Positions 19,589 through 30,488 are shown, counted from the first letter of the stretch. The stretch: 64,000 bases of DNA from an uncultured Clostridia bacterium (GCA_934183325.1 CAKPSH010000005.1:7749-71748); one strand, 5' to 3'. The notes: a model not told the origin generated them from the sequence alone. A program made the numbers and translations.

Positions 19589-19695
19589 AGGAAAGTCATC
19601 TATGAAATAGTGAGTTTCCTTAGAATATAATTATGGAAGAATAACATTTTCTTATGTGCCTCTGGCACTTAGAAAATGTTATTCTTGTTTTTTAT
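19581..19695 (-). repeat. Dispersed intergenic repeat, long form (copy 1, inverted relative to the other copies)
   Basis: Reverse complement of the element at 26368/42593. Contains the GTGCC-UCU-GGCAC core inside long AAGAAUAACAUUUUCU/AGAAAAUGUUAUUCUU arms. Abuts the ogg stop codon. Confidence 0.9.
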
Positions 19696-20552
19696 GCTTC
19701 TCTTTTCCAATAAAATAAATATTGTTGTGCCAATCCTGCTAAATCTGAATACTTTTTCTTAGCTAACTTTTGTAATTCTTTTTTTGAAACTTTCTCCTCA
19801 TCAATATTATGTATATATAAATCATTCATTACTCTTCTTACCCATACATCAATTGGAAACACATCATATTTTTTTAATGAAAATAGCATAATACAATCTG
19901 CAACTTTTGGTCCAACTCCTGGCAATGTTAAAAGTCTTTCTCTTAATTTCTCTGTATTATTTTCACTTTTTAGTTCTTCAATTGTCATATCTCCTTTTAG
20001 AAACATTTGTGTAGTATCATATACTCTTTTATCTCTAAATCCAAGTCCTAAAGCTCTTAAATCTTCTACGCTTGCATTACTTAGTTCTTCTATTGTAGGG
20101 AATGTATAATATTCTTTATTTTTATATATAATCTTTTTTCCATAATTTCTTGATATTTTTTCAATAATCCCTTTTATTCTTGGAATATTATTATTGGCAG
20201 ATATAATAAATGAAATTATCATTTCCCATATATCTTGATTTAAAATTCTAATACCACTTCCATAATTAATACTTTCCTTTAAATAATCATCAATCATTGA
20301 TAACTCATTTTTTATCTTTTTATAATCAGTATTTAAGTCAAAATATTGTGTGCAAATCTTTTGAATATCTCCTTCACAGATTCCTTGGAATTTTACATCA
20401 TAATTTTCTTTTTTTACAGTTAAAATATTTTTTCCAAAAATTCCTGTATATGAATCATCTTCATTTTTATTCCACCTAAAGCATTGCCCACATTCAAAAA
20501 TATGTTTTGGTTCAAATGAATCTGCATTCTTTAATATGTATTCTTGTTCCAT
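19692..20552 (-). CDS. ogg: 8-oxoguanine DNA glycosylase / N-glycosylase-DNA lyase (HhH-GPD, Ogg-like)
   Basis: HhH-GPD signature LPGVGPKVADCIMLF with catalytic Lys/Asp spacing. Confidence 0.75.
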   Translation of the reverse strand: MEQEYILKNADSFEPKHIFECGQCFRWNKNEDDSYTGIFGKNILTVKKENYDVKFQGICEGDIQKICTQYFDLNTDYKKIKNELSMIDDYLKESINYGSGIRILNQDIWEMIISFIISANNNIPRIKGIIEKISRNYGKKIIYKNKEYYTFPTIEELSNASVEDLRALGLGFRDKRVYDTTQMFLKGDMTIEELKSENNTEKLRERLLTLPGVGPKVADCIMLFSLKKYDVFPIDVWVRRVMNDLYIHNIDEEKVSKKELQKLAKKKYSDLAGLAQQYLFYWKREA

Positions 20553-20566
20553 ATTAATATTCCTTT

Positions 20567-21463
20567 CTATATTAATGTTGCTCCTATGATACCAGCGTCA
20601 TTTTCAAATTGTGCCATTACAATTTCTGGTATCTCTCTATTAAATGTTTTTGCACTTTTTAGCTTTTGTTCCACCTTATCTCCTAATATATCTGTGTGAT
20701 AAACATAGCTTCCACCTATGCATATTGCTTCTGGTTCAAAGATATTTACAATATTTGTAATTCCTTCCACTAGGTTATTTGCATACTCTTCTAATATATC
20801 ATCTATTTTTTCTAATTCCCTCTTAGCTAATTCAAATATTATTTCTCCACTTAACTCCTTAGAAATTCCTAGTCTTTCTGTTATTTTATCTCTTAATCCT
20901 TTCATAGATGCATATGTTTCAAAACATCCCCTTCTACCACATGTGCATTGATTTCCATCTTTACAAATTAAAATATGCCCTATTTCCATTCCAGGATACT
21001 TTTTAGGTTTTAGCATTTTTCCATTAAGGAATACTGCTCCTCCTATTCCTGTTCCCAAACACATAAATACCGCATCACTATATTTTTTTAATGCTCCATA
21101 TTTTTTTTCGCATAGTCCCGCACATTTTGCATCATTTGCGAGTTTTATTGGTGCTGAAAAATACCTTGCTAATTTTTCTACTATATTGAGATTATATATT
21201 CCCAAATTTTCTGCCTTTACAATTACACCATCTTTATTTGAACCCGGACATGCTATTCCTATCATTTCAATATCTTTAATTTTCAAATCCTTTTCTTGTA
21301 ATATATTATTTATTGAAATAGCAATAGTTTCTTCTATGAATTTTTCTATATTTTTTTTATTGTCTGAACTTGTATTCTTTTCTTTTTTTAAAATTATATT
21401 TCCTTTATTGTCTACCAATCCTACTGCTATATGACTTCCTCCAATATCAATTCCTATTTTCAT
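20567..21463 (-). CDS. ROK-family sugar kinase (glucokinase-like)
   Basis: N-terminal GIDIGGS and the ROK zinc motif CTCGRRGCFE. Confidence 0.8.
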   Translation of the reverse strand: MKIGIDIGGSHIAVGLVDNKGNIILKKEKNTSSDNKKNIEKFIEETIAISINNILQEKDLKIKDIEMIGIACPGSNKDGVIVKAENLGIYNLNIVEKLARYFSAPIKLANDAKCAGLCEKKYGALKKYSDAVFMCLGTGIGGAVFLNGKMLKPKKYPGMEIGHILICKDGNQCTCGRRGCFETYASMKGLRDKITERLGISKELSGEIIFELAKRELEKIDDILEEYANNLVEGITNIVNIFEPEAICIGGSYVYHTDILGDKVEQKLKSAKTFNREIPEIVMAQFENDAGIIGATLI

Positions 21464-21559
21464 ATTTTATATAATAAGTCCTTTATTTTGACTTTTTCCT
21501 CCTTAATATTTAACACAAGGGCAGAGACCATATAATCTCTGCCCTTGTTTTTTCATAAA

Positions 21560-22093
21560 TTAAGCTTCTGGTTCTACTAAACCATAGTTGTTTGAATCTT
21601 TTAACTTAAAGATTACATTTACTTTACCTGTATCAATATTAATAAATGTGAAGAAATTGTTTCCTGGTCTTTCTTGTAATTTTAATTGTGCGTCTTCTGG
21701 AGCCATTGGTTTAATTTCGTAATATAAAGTCTTTATAATTTCATTTTCAATAGGTTTTGCTTCTTGAATAAATACAGATTCCTTAACTTTTAAAGAATCA
21801 TCTCTATTCATTTTATCCTTCTTTGTTTTTGCTTTTCTTATTTGTCCTTCTAATATATCAATATCTTTATCTATTGCTGCATATAAATCAGCATGTTCTG
21901 TTACAGCTCTAAACATATCATATTTTGTATTTACCTGTATTTCTGCAACTTGGCTATTTTTTTCTGCCTTAACTGTAACTGTAGCACTTACCTCTTCATC
22001 AAAATATTTTTCAACTCTTTCTAATTTTTTTTCTGCGTAATCAATAATTGCATCTGTAACTTTAATATCTTTTCCTGTTACTTTAACATTCAT
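21560..22093 (-). CDS. hpf: Ribosome hibernation-promoting factor, long form (HPF/YvyD)
   Basis: MNVKVTGKDIKVTDAI... S30AE domain plus a C-terminal dimerisation domain. AGGAAGGAAG RBS. Confidence 0.9.
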   Translation of the reverse strand: MNVKVTGKDIKVTDAIIDYAEKKLERVEKYFDEEVSATVTVKAEKNSQVAEIQVNTKYDMFRAVTEHADLYAAIDKDIDILEGQIRKAKTKKDKMNRDDSLKVKESVFIQEAKPIENEIIKTLYYEIKPMAPEDAQLKLQERPGNNFFTFINIDTGKVNVIFKLKDSNNYGLVEPEA

Positions 22094-22171
22094 TTTACAT
22101 CTTCCTTCCTGAATTCATTTGGTTGTTCAAGGTTATTATAACTAATAACTCTCTTATTTGTCAACACTTTA

Positions 22172-23098
22172 TTAATGTTTTCTTCTATTTATCGCATATG
22201 CACTTCCTTGTGTAACCTTTGCTAAATGTTTTACCTGTGCACCTACTTCTCCTATTTCTAACGGATTATTAAATCTATCACTTGATACTTCAACTATTCC
22301 TATTGAAATCGAAACTAAAGGTATTTCTTCAATAATTCCTCTTCTATTTGGAACTTTTAAATAACCTCTATTTTTATCCTCTTCAGTATAATAATTTTGG
22401 ATGATATCATCGAATTCCAATATTATATCCTGGCATATTGTTTCATAATCAATATCTCCCAATATAGCTACAAAATCATCTCCACCTATATGTCCTATAA
22501 AATTATGTACAGAATCCTCTTTATTTATATTTTCAATTATTATTTTTGCAGTCTGTTTTATTATTTCATCACCTGCAACAAAACCATAAGTATCATTATA
22601 TGCCTTAAAGTTATCTAAATCAAAATACATTACAATGAATTCTTCTTTTTTTAGCATTTTTTTCTTCAGTTCTGCCTGTATTTGTATATTTCCAGGTAAT
22701 CCAGTTAGAGGACTTACTCCTCTATTTTTTCCCATTAATCTTGTTATATTTTTTATTGTATAATATAAATATTCTCTATCCACTGGCTTTTTTATAATAA
22801 ATTCTACTTGTGATTGCAAAATCTCAATTTTATGATTTATATCTTCACTTTCACTTATTACAATTATAGGTGTTATACTATTATCTTCATTTTCTCTTAT
22901 TTCATTGCAAACCTCTATAATATCTTTTTTTGAATTTTCTTCGTTTATTATTATCAATGATGGAATATTATTTAAGACATCTTCTAATTCTTTTGTTTTT
23001 ATAGTTTTAATTGCATAATCTTTTTCTTTCTCAAAAGCTTTATTTATACCTTGAGTTAATTCATTTTTATCATCAATAATATAAATCTCGTGCTTCAT
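22172..23098 (-). CDS. Receiver-like domain fused to a GGDEF-family domain (both apparently degenerate)
   Basis: REC-like N-terminus with Asn where the phospho-acceptor Asp is expected (LIIINEE). GGDEF fold with motif HIGGDDF instead of RxGG(D/E)EF. Confidence 0.65.
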   Translation of the reverse strand: MKHEIYIIDDKNELTQGINKAFEKEKDYAIKTIKTKELEDVLNNIPSLIIINEENSKKDIIEVCNEIRENEDNSITPIIVISESEDINHKIEILQSQVEFIIKKPVDREYLYYTIKNITRLMGKNRGVSPLTGLPGNIQIQAELKKKMLKKEEFIVMYFDLDNFKAYNDTYGFVAGDEIIKQTAKIIIENINKEDSVHNFIGHIGGDDFVAILGDIDYETICQDIILEFDDIIQNYYTEEDKNRGYLKVPNRRGIIEEIPLVSISIGIVEVSSDRFNNPLEIGEVGAQVKHLAKVTQGSAYAINRRKH

Positions 23099-23108
23099 AT
23101 TGTTATTC

Positions 23109-23867
23109 CTACTTTCTTAAGTATTTTGCTATTTGTTTAAACTTTTCTGATTTCATACTAGGAAAAGCTCTTCTTATTCTAACTGTTTGCCTCATTAATT
23201 TCATTTTTAGAATTCCTTCTTGAGTTTTCAAATCGTTTATTAATAATTGTATACCTTCTTTGCTACTTGTTTTATTTCCCATATTCTTAAGTTCTTGCAA
23301 TTTCATTTTTATTTCATTTCTAATATTTTTTATATCTTCAAGTTTTTTAGATATACCATTAAGTTTTATTGTACTTACTATAGTATCTATGGTCATTGTA
23401 ATTGCTAATGTAATTCCACTTCCGATAAGTATTCTATAATCCACTTTATTTATTGCTTCTTGAATTACTGGGTGAACTCTATATATAAATATCACCCCTA
23501 ATATTCCCCAAAAGAAAGAGTTTAGCAAACAAACTCTTCCATTTATATTAAACTTATTATTTGAATAATCCCAATACTTTTCATGTAAAACTTTTTCAAT
23601 TGCCCAAGCTACAATATACTCCCAAATAGATAATATTACAAATCCAATAACAAATACATGTAATGGATTATCATTATATCCACTTAAAAAAGCATACATT
23701 ATTAGTGCTCCTAATCCATAGATTGGGCAAAAAGGTCCATATAAAAAACCACTATTTACGAGTTTTTTTTCATAAATTGTTTTATACACACTTTCTAAAA
23801 CCCAACCTATGAAAGAATATATGAAAAAGTAATCTAACGTTTTTATTATTATCATAAATCTATCCAT
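23109..23867 (-). CDS. PF06541-like polytopic membrane protein ('putative ABC-transporter type IV' family) with a C-terminal coiled-coil tail
   Basis: Paralog of 33610..34308 (…GW(V/L)(L/M)ES…FxNxGFLxGPxCPIYGxG…). The track start is a TTG; ATG at 23865-23867 or 23853-23855 is more likely. Translationally coupled to the upstream gene. Confidence 0.6.
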   Translation of the reverse strand: MDRFMIIIKTLDYFFIYSFIGWVLESVYKTIYEKKLVNSGFLYGPFCPIYGLGALIMYAFLSGYNDNPLHVFVIGFVILSIWEYIVAWAIEKVLHEKYWDYSNNKFNINGRVCLLNSFFWGILGVIFIYRVHPVIQEAINKVDYRILIGSGITLAITMTIDTIVSTIKLNGISKKLEDIKNIRNEIKMKLQELKNMGNKTSSKEGIQLLINDLKTQEGILKMKLMRQTVRIRRAFPSMKSEKFKQIAKYLRK

Positions 23868-23869
23868 AC

Positions 23870-24850
23870 TTATCTGACACACCAACCTGAAATTGTTTCT
23901 TCTGCACCTTCAATGTTCTTTACTGTTAGCTCTAAGTAATTAAATCCTTCAATCAATTCTATGCTATTATCAGTTATTGATAATTCCCCATTTAGAGTTT
24001 TTTCATCGGATTTAATAAGGGTTAGCTTTTCTTTAACATTTTCTATTAATTTTCCATCTTTTGCAACATCATCTACTTTCGCATTATATAATTTATAAGA
24101 ATATGATTGCAATCCTTGTTCATCATTCATTTTAACAATAAATACTGTTCTATCAGTTTTGAAGTTAACTTTTACTGTTGGTTTTGTAATTCCTTGAACT
24201 GACATTTCCTTAGTTTGAGTAATATTTTTATTATTTATAGCAGTTACTGAAATTGTATTTAATCCAATTGGAATATCTGATATAATTTCCATTGTTTGTT
24301 GACTTCTACTTTGTGGATATTCAAGCTTTTCTTCTTCTGAATTCCATTTATAAGATAAACTTTGTAATCCTTCTATATCCGTTACAGTTATTTTTATCTG
24401 TTTGTTATTTACAACAGACAAATTCATATATGTACCGTTGTATGATATTTCCTTTGATGCTGTTGCTGTTTTTCCTTCAATATCAACAGCTACAACATCT
24501 AAAATATTTGTTCCAGCTAAAACATCTATTTTCTCTGTAATTGTACCAGATTTATTTTCACTTAAAGTGGTTTCTTCTCCTTTATTCCATCTATAAATTA
24601 TACTTTTTATATTTTTTGTATGTTCCACCTTTATTATAGCCTGATTATTTTCCATGCTAATACCTATCACTGGAACTTTAGCCATTTCAATTGCTTCATT
24701 TCTTCTTTTTGTTGAACTAATTAATTGATATCCCCCCATACCAGTCAATATAATTCCAAATATTATAATAGCAATTACAAAAAATAATAATATTTTTTTT
24801 AGATTTTTCTTAGAATTTTCATCTTGAATTGTATACAGAATTTGATTCAT
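23870..24850 (-). CDS. Membrane-anchored protein with three ~70-aa Ig-like extracellular repeats
   Basis: N-terminal cytoplasmic segment, one TM, then three repeats (IIKVEHTKNIKSIIYRWNKGEE / IKITVTDIEGLQSLSYKWNSEEE / VFIVKMNDEQGLQSYSYKLYNAK). Confidence 0.55.
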   Translation of the reverse strand: MNQILYTIQDENSKKNLKKILLFFVIAIIIFGIILTGMGGYQLISSTKRRNEAIEMAKVPVIGISMENNQAIIKVEHTKNIKSIIYRWNKGEETTLSENKSGTITEKIDVLAGTNILDVVAVDIEGKTATASKEISYNGTYMNLSVVNNKQIKITVTDIEGLQSLSYKWNSEEEKLEYPQSRSQQTMEIISDIPIGLNTISVTAINNKNITQTKEMSVQGITKPTVKVNFKTDRTVFIVKMNDEQGLQSYSYKLYNAKVDDVAKDGKLIENVKEKLTLIKSDEKTLNGELSITDNSIELIEGFNYLELTVKNIEGAEETISGWCVR

Positions 24851-24979
24851 TTTATTACTAACTATCAGTACTGTTATACTGATATTCCTCCTTCTATCCT
24901 ATTTCATTCATTGTCTTTTATACTAGTCCATTTTTATTGTATTACATTTTAATATTTTTTTCAATACTATATGTCAAAA

Positions 24980-26281
24980 TTATATATTCTGCTCTTTTAA
25001 ATAATTCATCAAATCTGTTAATGATCTGTCTGCTAATTTTTCATATTTGATTTTTTTATCTTTAATTTTTTCCTCGAAACTTGGTATTATCCCAAAATTT
25101 GCATTCATTGGTTGAAATTTTGGATTTTCTGTTGCTATATATTTTGATAATGCTCCAATCATTGTCGTCTCTGGAAAAATAATTTGATTTAACTTTTTTA
25201 ATCTATTAACCACATTTAATCCAACTACCATTCCTGAAGATATTGATTCTACATATCCTTCTACACCTGTTATTTGCCCTGCAAAGAAAATATTATTGTT
25301 TTTTCTTAAATTATATGTTCTATCTAATAATTCTGTAGAATTTATAAATGTATTCCTGTGCATTACTCCGTATTTTACAAATTCAGCATTTTCAAGTCCA
25401 GGTATTAAACTAAATACTCTTTTTTGTTCACCAAACTTTAAATTTGTTTGAAATCCAACTATATTATATAAATTGCCTTCTTCATTATCTTGTCTTAATT
25501 GCACAATAGCATATGGTCTATTACCATTCCTTGGATCTGTAAATCCAACTGGCTTCAAAGGTCCAAATCTAAGTGTATCTATTCCTCTTTTAGCCATTAC
25601 TTCTACAGGCATACATCCTTCAAATATTTCCCTTTTTTCAAATTCATGTAACTCCACTATTTCTGCATTAACCAATTCATTCCAAAATCTTTCATATTCT
25701 TCTTTATTCATTGGTAAATTAATATAACAGGCTTCACCTTTTCCATATCTATCACCCAAGAAACCAATATTCATATCTATAGAAGCTTTTTCAACTATTG
25801 GTGCTGCTGCATCATAAAAATGTAATCTGTTAATACCAGTTAATTTTTTTATGTCTTCTGATAGTGCATCAGATGTCAATGGTCCTGTTGCTATTACAGT
25901 AATTTCATTTTCCGGTACCTCTGTTATCTCTTCATTAATAACTGTAATATTCTCCATTTCTTTAATTTTTTTAGTTACTAATTCTGAAAATTTCTCTCTA
26001 TCTACTGCTAATGCTTGCCCAGCAGGAACACTTGTTATATCTGCACATTTAATCAATAATGAATCTAGCAATCGTAATTCTTCTTTCAGTAATCCACAAG
26101 CATTTGTATGTAAATTAGATTTAAAAGAATTACTACACACTATTTCAGCTAAATTTGAATTACTGTGTGCAGGAGAAAATTTATTAGGCTTCATTTCATA
26201 TAATTTAACTTCAATTCCATTTTTTGCTATTTGATAAGCTGCTTCACATCCAGCTAATCCTCCCCCAATAATATTTACCAC
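24980..26281 (-). CDS. trmFO: Methylenetetrahydrofolate--tRNA-(uracil54-C5)-methyltransferase TrmFO
   Basis: [17 protein letters not shown]... FAD-binding N-terminus and full-length TrmFO/Gid homology. Confidence 0.9.
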   Translation of the reverse strand: MVNIIGGGLAGCEAAYQIAKNGIEVKLYEMKPNKFSPAHSNSNLAEIVCSNSFKSNLHTNACGLLKEELRLLDSLLIKCADITSVPAGQALAVDREKFSELVTKKIKEMENITVINEEITEVPENEITVIATGPLTSDALSEDIKKLTGINRLHFYDAAAPIVEKASIDMNIGFLGDRYGKGEACYINLPMNKEEYERFWNELVNAEIVELHEFEKREIFEGCMPVEVMAKRGIDTLRFGPLKPVGFTDPRNGNRPYAIVQLRQDNEEGNLYNIVGFQTNLKFGEQKRVFSLIPGLENAEFVKYGVMHRNTFINSTELLDRTYNLRKNNNIFFAGQITGVEGYVESISSGMVVGLNVVNRLKKLNQIIFPETTMIGALSKYIATENPKFQPMNANFGIIPSFEEKIKDKKIKYEKLADRSLTDLMNYLKEQNI

Positions 26282-26367
26282 TTTTTTCTCTCCTTTATTT
26301 ATGATTATCTATTTTATCAAAAACAGCCTTTTATTACAATAGTTAATAAAGACAAAAGAATAAAAAA

Positions 26368-26492
26368 GAAGATAAAAAACAAGAATAACATTTTCTAAGT
26401 GCCAGAGGCACATAAGAAAATTTAATTCTTCCATAATTATCTTCTAAGGAAACTCACTATTTCATAGATGACTTTCCTAAGAAGATAAAAAA
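26368..26492 (+). repeat. Dispersed intergenic repeat, long form (copy 2)
   Basis: GAAGATAAAAAACAAGAATAACATTTTCTAAGTGCCAGAGGCACATAAG...GACTTTCCTAAGAAGATAAAAAAT, followed by the GGAGGTAAT/ATTACCTCC hairpin at 26494-26518. Confidence 0.9.
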
Positions 26493-26783
26493 TTAGGAGG
26501 TAATAATAATTACCTCCCTTCATTTGTACTTTCTACATTTGTTTATTCCATTTTCTATTGTTTATTTTACTATTCATTTGTAAAATTTTATCTTTTGTTT
26601 CTGTCATCATTTGTTTATTATTAATCTTTCGTTCTATTTATATTTTACATTTTTATTTTTTAATGTCAACTATTGCTTTTTTATTTTTATAGTCTTTGTG
26701 TAAATTTTTTGCTTGTACATAGCTTATTATAGCTGTTTTGTTTTTATCATTTCTATTTATTACATTTTAATTACATTTTCGTT

Positions 26784-29081
26784 TTAATTTGTAATATTTA
26801 TTTTTTTATTAATTCTCAATTTATTCTTTTTGTAATTTATTATAATTTCTCCATCCATATCAGTTCTATATATACTTGTTTTTATTCTACTCAGCCTTTC
26901 GATTGTAACCTTTGCTGGATGTCCAAATTTATTATTTTTTCCTACGCCAATTATCGCAATTTCTGGAAGTACTTCATTTAAAAACTCTTCACTAGTTGAA
27001 GTATTTGAACCATGGTGGGCAACCTTCAATACTTTCGATTTCAAAATATCTGTACCTTGATATAATTCTATTATTTTTCTTTCTGCTTTTTCCTCTATGT
27101 CTCCTGTAAATAAAATACTAAACTCTTTATAATTTAATTTTGCGACAATCGAATTATTATTCATATCATCAAATATTAGATCTTCATTAGGATATAATAT
27201 ATTTAATTTTACCGATTTATCTATTTCAATTACATTTCCCTTTTTTACCAAAATAATATTTATATATTTTTCCCTAGCTTTTTTTATTATTTTTTCAAAC
27301 AACTCTGTTCTTTCTACTTGCTTTGAGATTATCAAATTGCTAATCTTTACACCATCCATAATAGTTAATAATGCTTCACAATGGTCAGAATCAAAATGAG
27401 ATATCATTACATAGTCTAACTTTTTTATTTTTCTATTTAATAAATATGGTAAAACAATCTGTCCACCAATATCATAGCCACTTTCTTTTGTTCTTCCACC
27501 TGTATCAATTAAAATCTTTTTATTTGATTGAGTCACAATTAATGTTGAATCTCCTTGTCCTACATCTATAAAATATATTCTCAGTCCTTGAAACTTATAT
27601 ATATTCATCGATATAATTAATATGATATTAATCAAAACAATTGTCTTCTTATATTTTATTAAATAATAATATTTTTTCTTCTTAAAAATAGTTAATACTA
27701 AAATTAATACATAATAACCAATTATATATATACTACTTGGCGTTGTTACATATATTTTAGATAGTTTCATAGTACCAAAAAAATTTGCAGTTATAACTAA
27801 CGCATTAACTAAAATATTTTCTATATATGCCATTATATATGCTAATTTTATTGATAAAAAAGATACACTTACAATAATAAAGCCCATCATGATAATAGGT
27901 CCAATTATTATCGATATAAGTAAATTTGATATTAAAAAAGTTAAAGAAATTGTATGATAATTATAAATCAAGATATTAATTATTATTGTTTGTGCTGATA
28001 ATATAGTAGAAATTGCTTTGCTCACTCTTTCAATATGTACTAGTCTTTTAAAAAAGTTTTCATAGCTTTTTTTTAATAATATAATTCCAATTACTCCACC
28101 ATAACTTAATTGAAAACTAATATCTAAAATTGTAAATGGATTTATAACCAGTAAAACTAACATTGATATAGCAATATTATTAACTATATCACTTTTTCTA
28201 TATAAGATATTTGCTACTATTCCCATTATTGTCATCATTGCTGCTCTTATAATTGATACTCCACTATTTGTTACTAATGTAAAAAATATAATTCCAATAA
28301 TTAATATTATTTTTCTTATTCTTTTATCAATGTTTAGCTGATTTATCATTAACTCTAAAATAATTACTATATATGATATATGTGTGCCAGAAATTGCTAA
28401 TATATGGTATACCCCACTGTTTTTAAAATTTTCAATTATATTATTGTCTAATTCTTTATTATCTCCTATTAGAATTCCTATTAATAAATTAGCCATTTTT
28501 TTATCAAATATTTTCTTTATATTTTCTTTAGCTTTTTTATTTACTCCATATACTATACTTTCTATATCATTTTTATTATCTTTGGATATAATTTTAACAT
28601 CTTTACAATTTAATATCCCATAAATTTTCTTTGTCTTCAAATATTGTAAATAATCAAACCCTTTATAGTTTCTTTGTATATCTGCTTTTTCATAATTTCC
28701 TTTAACTTCAATTTTATCACCATATTCTAAGATTTTATTAGTTTTTAATAGCAATTTCATCCTAGTATATTTATTAGGTCTAGTAATTTTTATAATATAA
28801 GTATTATTAAATTCATTACTTTTTTCTAAGCTCTCTACAATTCCTGTTAAAGTTTCATTTTCTGTAAAGCTTAAATATGCTTCTTCATATTTTTTATTTA
28901 TTGTTTTTATTTGAGTATTTGATACAACTATAGATGTTAATATGATTATGAGCATTTTATAATTTTTCTTATTAATCAATATAATAATTATAAAAATAGG
29001 AGCTATATTTATTTTAAAATATAGCTCCCAAATTATTCCTATTATATATCCTATTAGTGCAACTAAGATTGGTCTTTTCAT
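26784..29081 (-). CDS. comEC: DNA internalisation competence protein ComEC/Rec2 (competence domain plus metallo-beta-lactamase domain)
   Basis: Polytopic N-terminus; ISGTHISY competence motif; C-terminal MBL motifs (YFIDVGQGDS, ISHFDSDHCEAL). Confidence 0.85.
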   Translation of the reverse strand: MKRPILVALIGYIIGIIWELYFKINIAPIFIIIILINKKNYKMLIIILTSIVVSNTQIKTINKKYEEAYLSFTENETLTGIVESLEKSNEFNNTYIIKITRPNKYTRMKLLLKTNKILEYGDKIEVKGNYEKADIQRNYKGFDYLQYLKTKKIYGILNCKDVKIISKDNKNDIESIVYGVNKKAKENIKKIFDKKMANLLIGILIGDNKELDNNIIENFKNSGVYHILAISGTHISYIVIILELMINQLNIDKRIRKIILIIGIIFFTLVTNSGVSIIRAAMMTIMGIVANILYRKSDIVNNIAISMLVLLVINPFTILDISFQLSYGGVIGIILLKKSYENFFKRLVHIERVSKAISTILSAQTIIINILIYNYHTISLTFLISNLLISIIIGPIIMMGFIIVSVSFLSIKLAYIMAYIENILVNALVITANFFGTMKLSKIYVTTPSSIYIIGYYVLILVLTIFKKKKYYYLIKYKKTIVLINIILIISMNIYKFQGLRIYFIDVGQGDSTLIVTQSNKKILIDTGGRTKESGYDIGGQIVLPYLLNRKIKKLDYVMISHFDSDHCEALLTIMDGVKISNLIISKQVERTELFEKIIKKAREKYINIILVKKGNVIEIDKSVKLNILYPNEDLIFDDMNNNSIVAKLNYKEFSILFTGDIEEKAERKIIELYQGTDILKSKVLKVAHHGSNTSTSEEFLNEVLPEIAIIGVGKNNKFGHPAKVTIERLSRIKTSIYRTDMDGEIIINYKKNKLRINKKINITN

Positions 29082-29115
29082 TTCTATTCCTTTCTCTTTG
29101 TTGCCCCCTATATAA

Positions 29116-30381
29116 CTATTTTATTCTTCTTGCACATACATAGTAGAATCCATCACCATCTACATTTGAAATAATAACTCCTTTTCGTGCATTAGCTGCA
29201 TGAACAAATTTACCATTTCCTATATATAGACCTACATGTGTTACTTTTTTACTACTACTTGAACCTGAGAAACAAATTATATCTCCAGGTTGTAGACTTG
29301 ATTTACTTACTCCTACTCCATTACTTGCTTGTGCACTTGAACTACGTGATAAAGAATAACCAAAATTTTTGTACACATATTGAGTAAATCCTGAACAGTC
29401 AAACCCTGATGGTGTACAACCACCATAAACATATTTATATCCAACAAATTGTTTTGCAAATGCAACTATTTCATTTCCATTTGGATTTGCTGGTACATTT
29501 GAACTTTCTTCAATACTATATGTTGTTGTAGATTTACTTAAAGTTGCTTTACTTGTTGTCTTTGTTGTCTTTGTTTTCTTTGCAGTTCTATATGTTGAGC
29601 TTCTTGAAGTAACTTCTACTTTTTTGTCTGAAACATATTCTGCTGATACATATCCTATATTATCATCAACTTCGATTTTTTTCCAGCCATTTGTTTCTTC
29701 CAATATTACTATTTCTTTATTTTTTGATAATTTTGAAATAACATCACCATTTGTATTTGGTTGTTTTCTAAAATTAACTGAATTTGAAATAATATATCCA
29801 ATCTTCTTACTTGCATTTACATCTTTTAATTTGCTTGTTCTTACCCATCCTTCTAAATTCTCAGAAGATATATAAGACCATCCATTCATTTCTGTAAGAA
29901 CAGATACTTTTTCGTCTTTTTCAAGTACTTTTATTGTACTTGAATTAACTAATGGTATTGTATATATAATTTCACCTTTGTTTATTACCTTAATAGTACT
30001 TTCATCTATTTTCTCTTGCGTACCCACTTCTTCTTGAGGATTTTCTATTGAATTATTTTCCTCTTCTAAAGTTTCATTTTCTTCACTTTGAATTGTTTCA
30101 TCTTCATTTACTTTTAAATATTTTTCGTTTACATATCCTTCATATTCTTTATTTTCTTGGATATCTTTGTATTTTACTTTATACCAACCATTATCTGTTT
30201 TTGTTATAATCTCTACTTCATCATCTACTGAAAGTAATTTTACTATAGATGAATCTGTTGTATTTTTTTCTCTTAATCTTAATGTGTCGGTATTAACAAT
30301 TCCCGTTGTACCAAATGTATATACTGCTGAGCAACATATCATTATTGACAAAAGCAAAGAAATTATTATACGTTTTTTCAA
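29116..30381 (-). CDS. NlpC/P60-family cell-wall hydrolase with N-terminal SH3b repeats
   Basis: C-terminal CSGFTQYVYKNFG...HVGLYIGNGKFVHA NlpC/P60 catalytic Cys/His; three SH3_3-like repeats. Start moved to the TTG at 30379-30381 (MKKRIIISLLL signal peptide, RBS AGGGGTGA); the track's GTG start is upstream. Confidence 0.8.
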   Translation of the reverse strand: MKKRIIISLLLSIMICCSAVYTFGTTGIVNTDTLRLREKNTTDSSIVKLLSVDDEVEIITKTDNGWYKVKYKDIQENKEYEGYVNEKYLKVNEDETIQSEENETLEEENNSIENPQEEVGTQEKIDESTIKVINKGEIIYTIPLVNSSTIKVLEKDEKVSVLTEMNGWSYISSENLEGWVRTSKLKDVNASKKIGYIISNSVNFRKQPNTNGDVISKLSKNKEIVILEETNGWKKIEVDDNIGYVSAEYVSDKKVEVTSRSSTYRTAKKTKTTKTTSKATLSKSTTTYSIEESSNVPANPNGNEIVAFAKQFVGYKYVYGGCTPSGFDCSGFTQYVYKNFGYSLSRSSSAQASNGVGVSKSSLQPGDIICFSGSSSSKKVTHVGLYIGNGKFVHAANARKGVIISNVDGDGFYYVCARRIK

Positions 30382-30488
30382 TATAATATCACCCCTAAAA
30401 TTTATCACGTACTGAATATTATAGCACTTTTATTTTTCTTTGTCAAATTTTGAGGTTTATGGCTAATTTTTCTTAGTATTTTCAAGGC

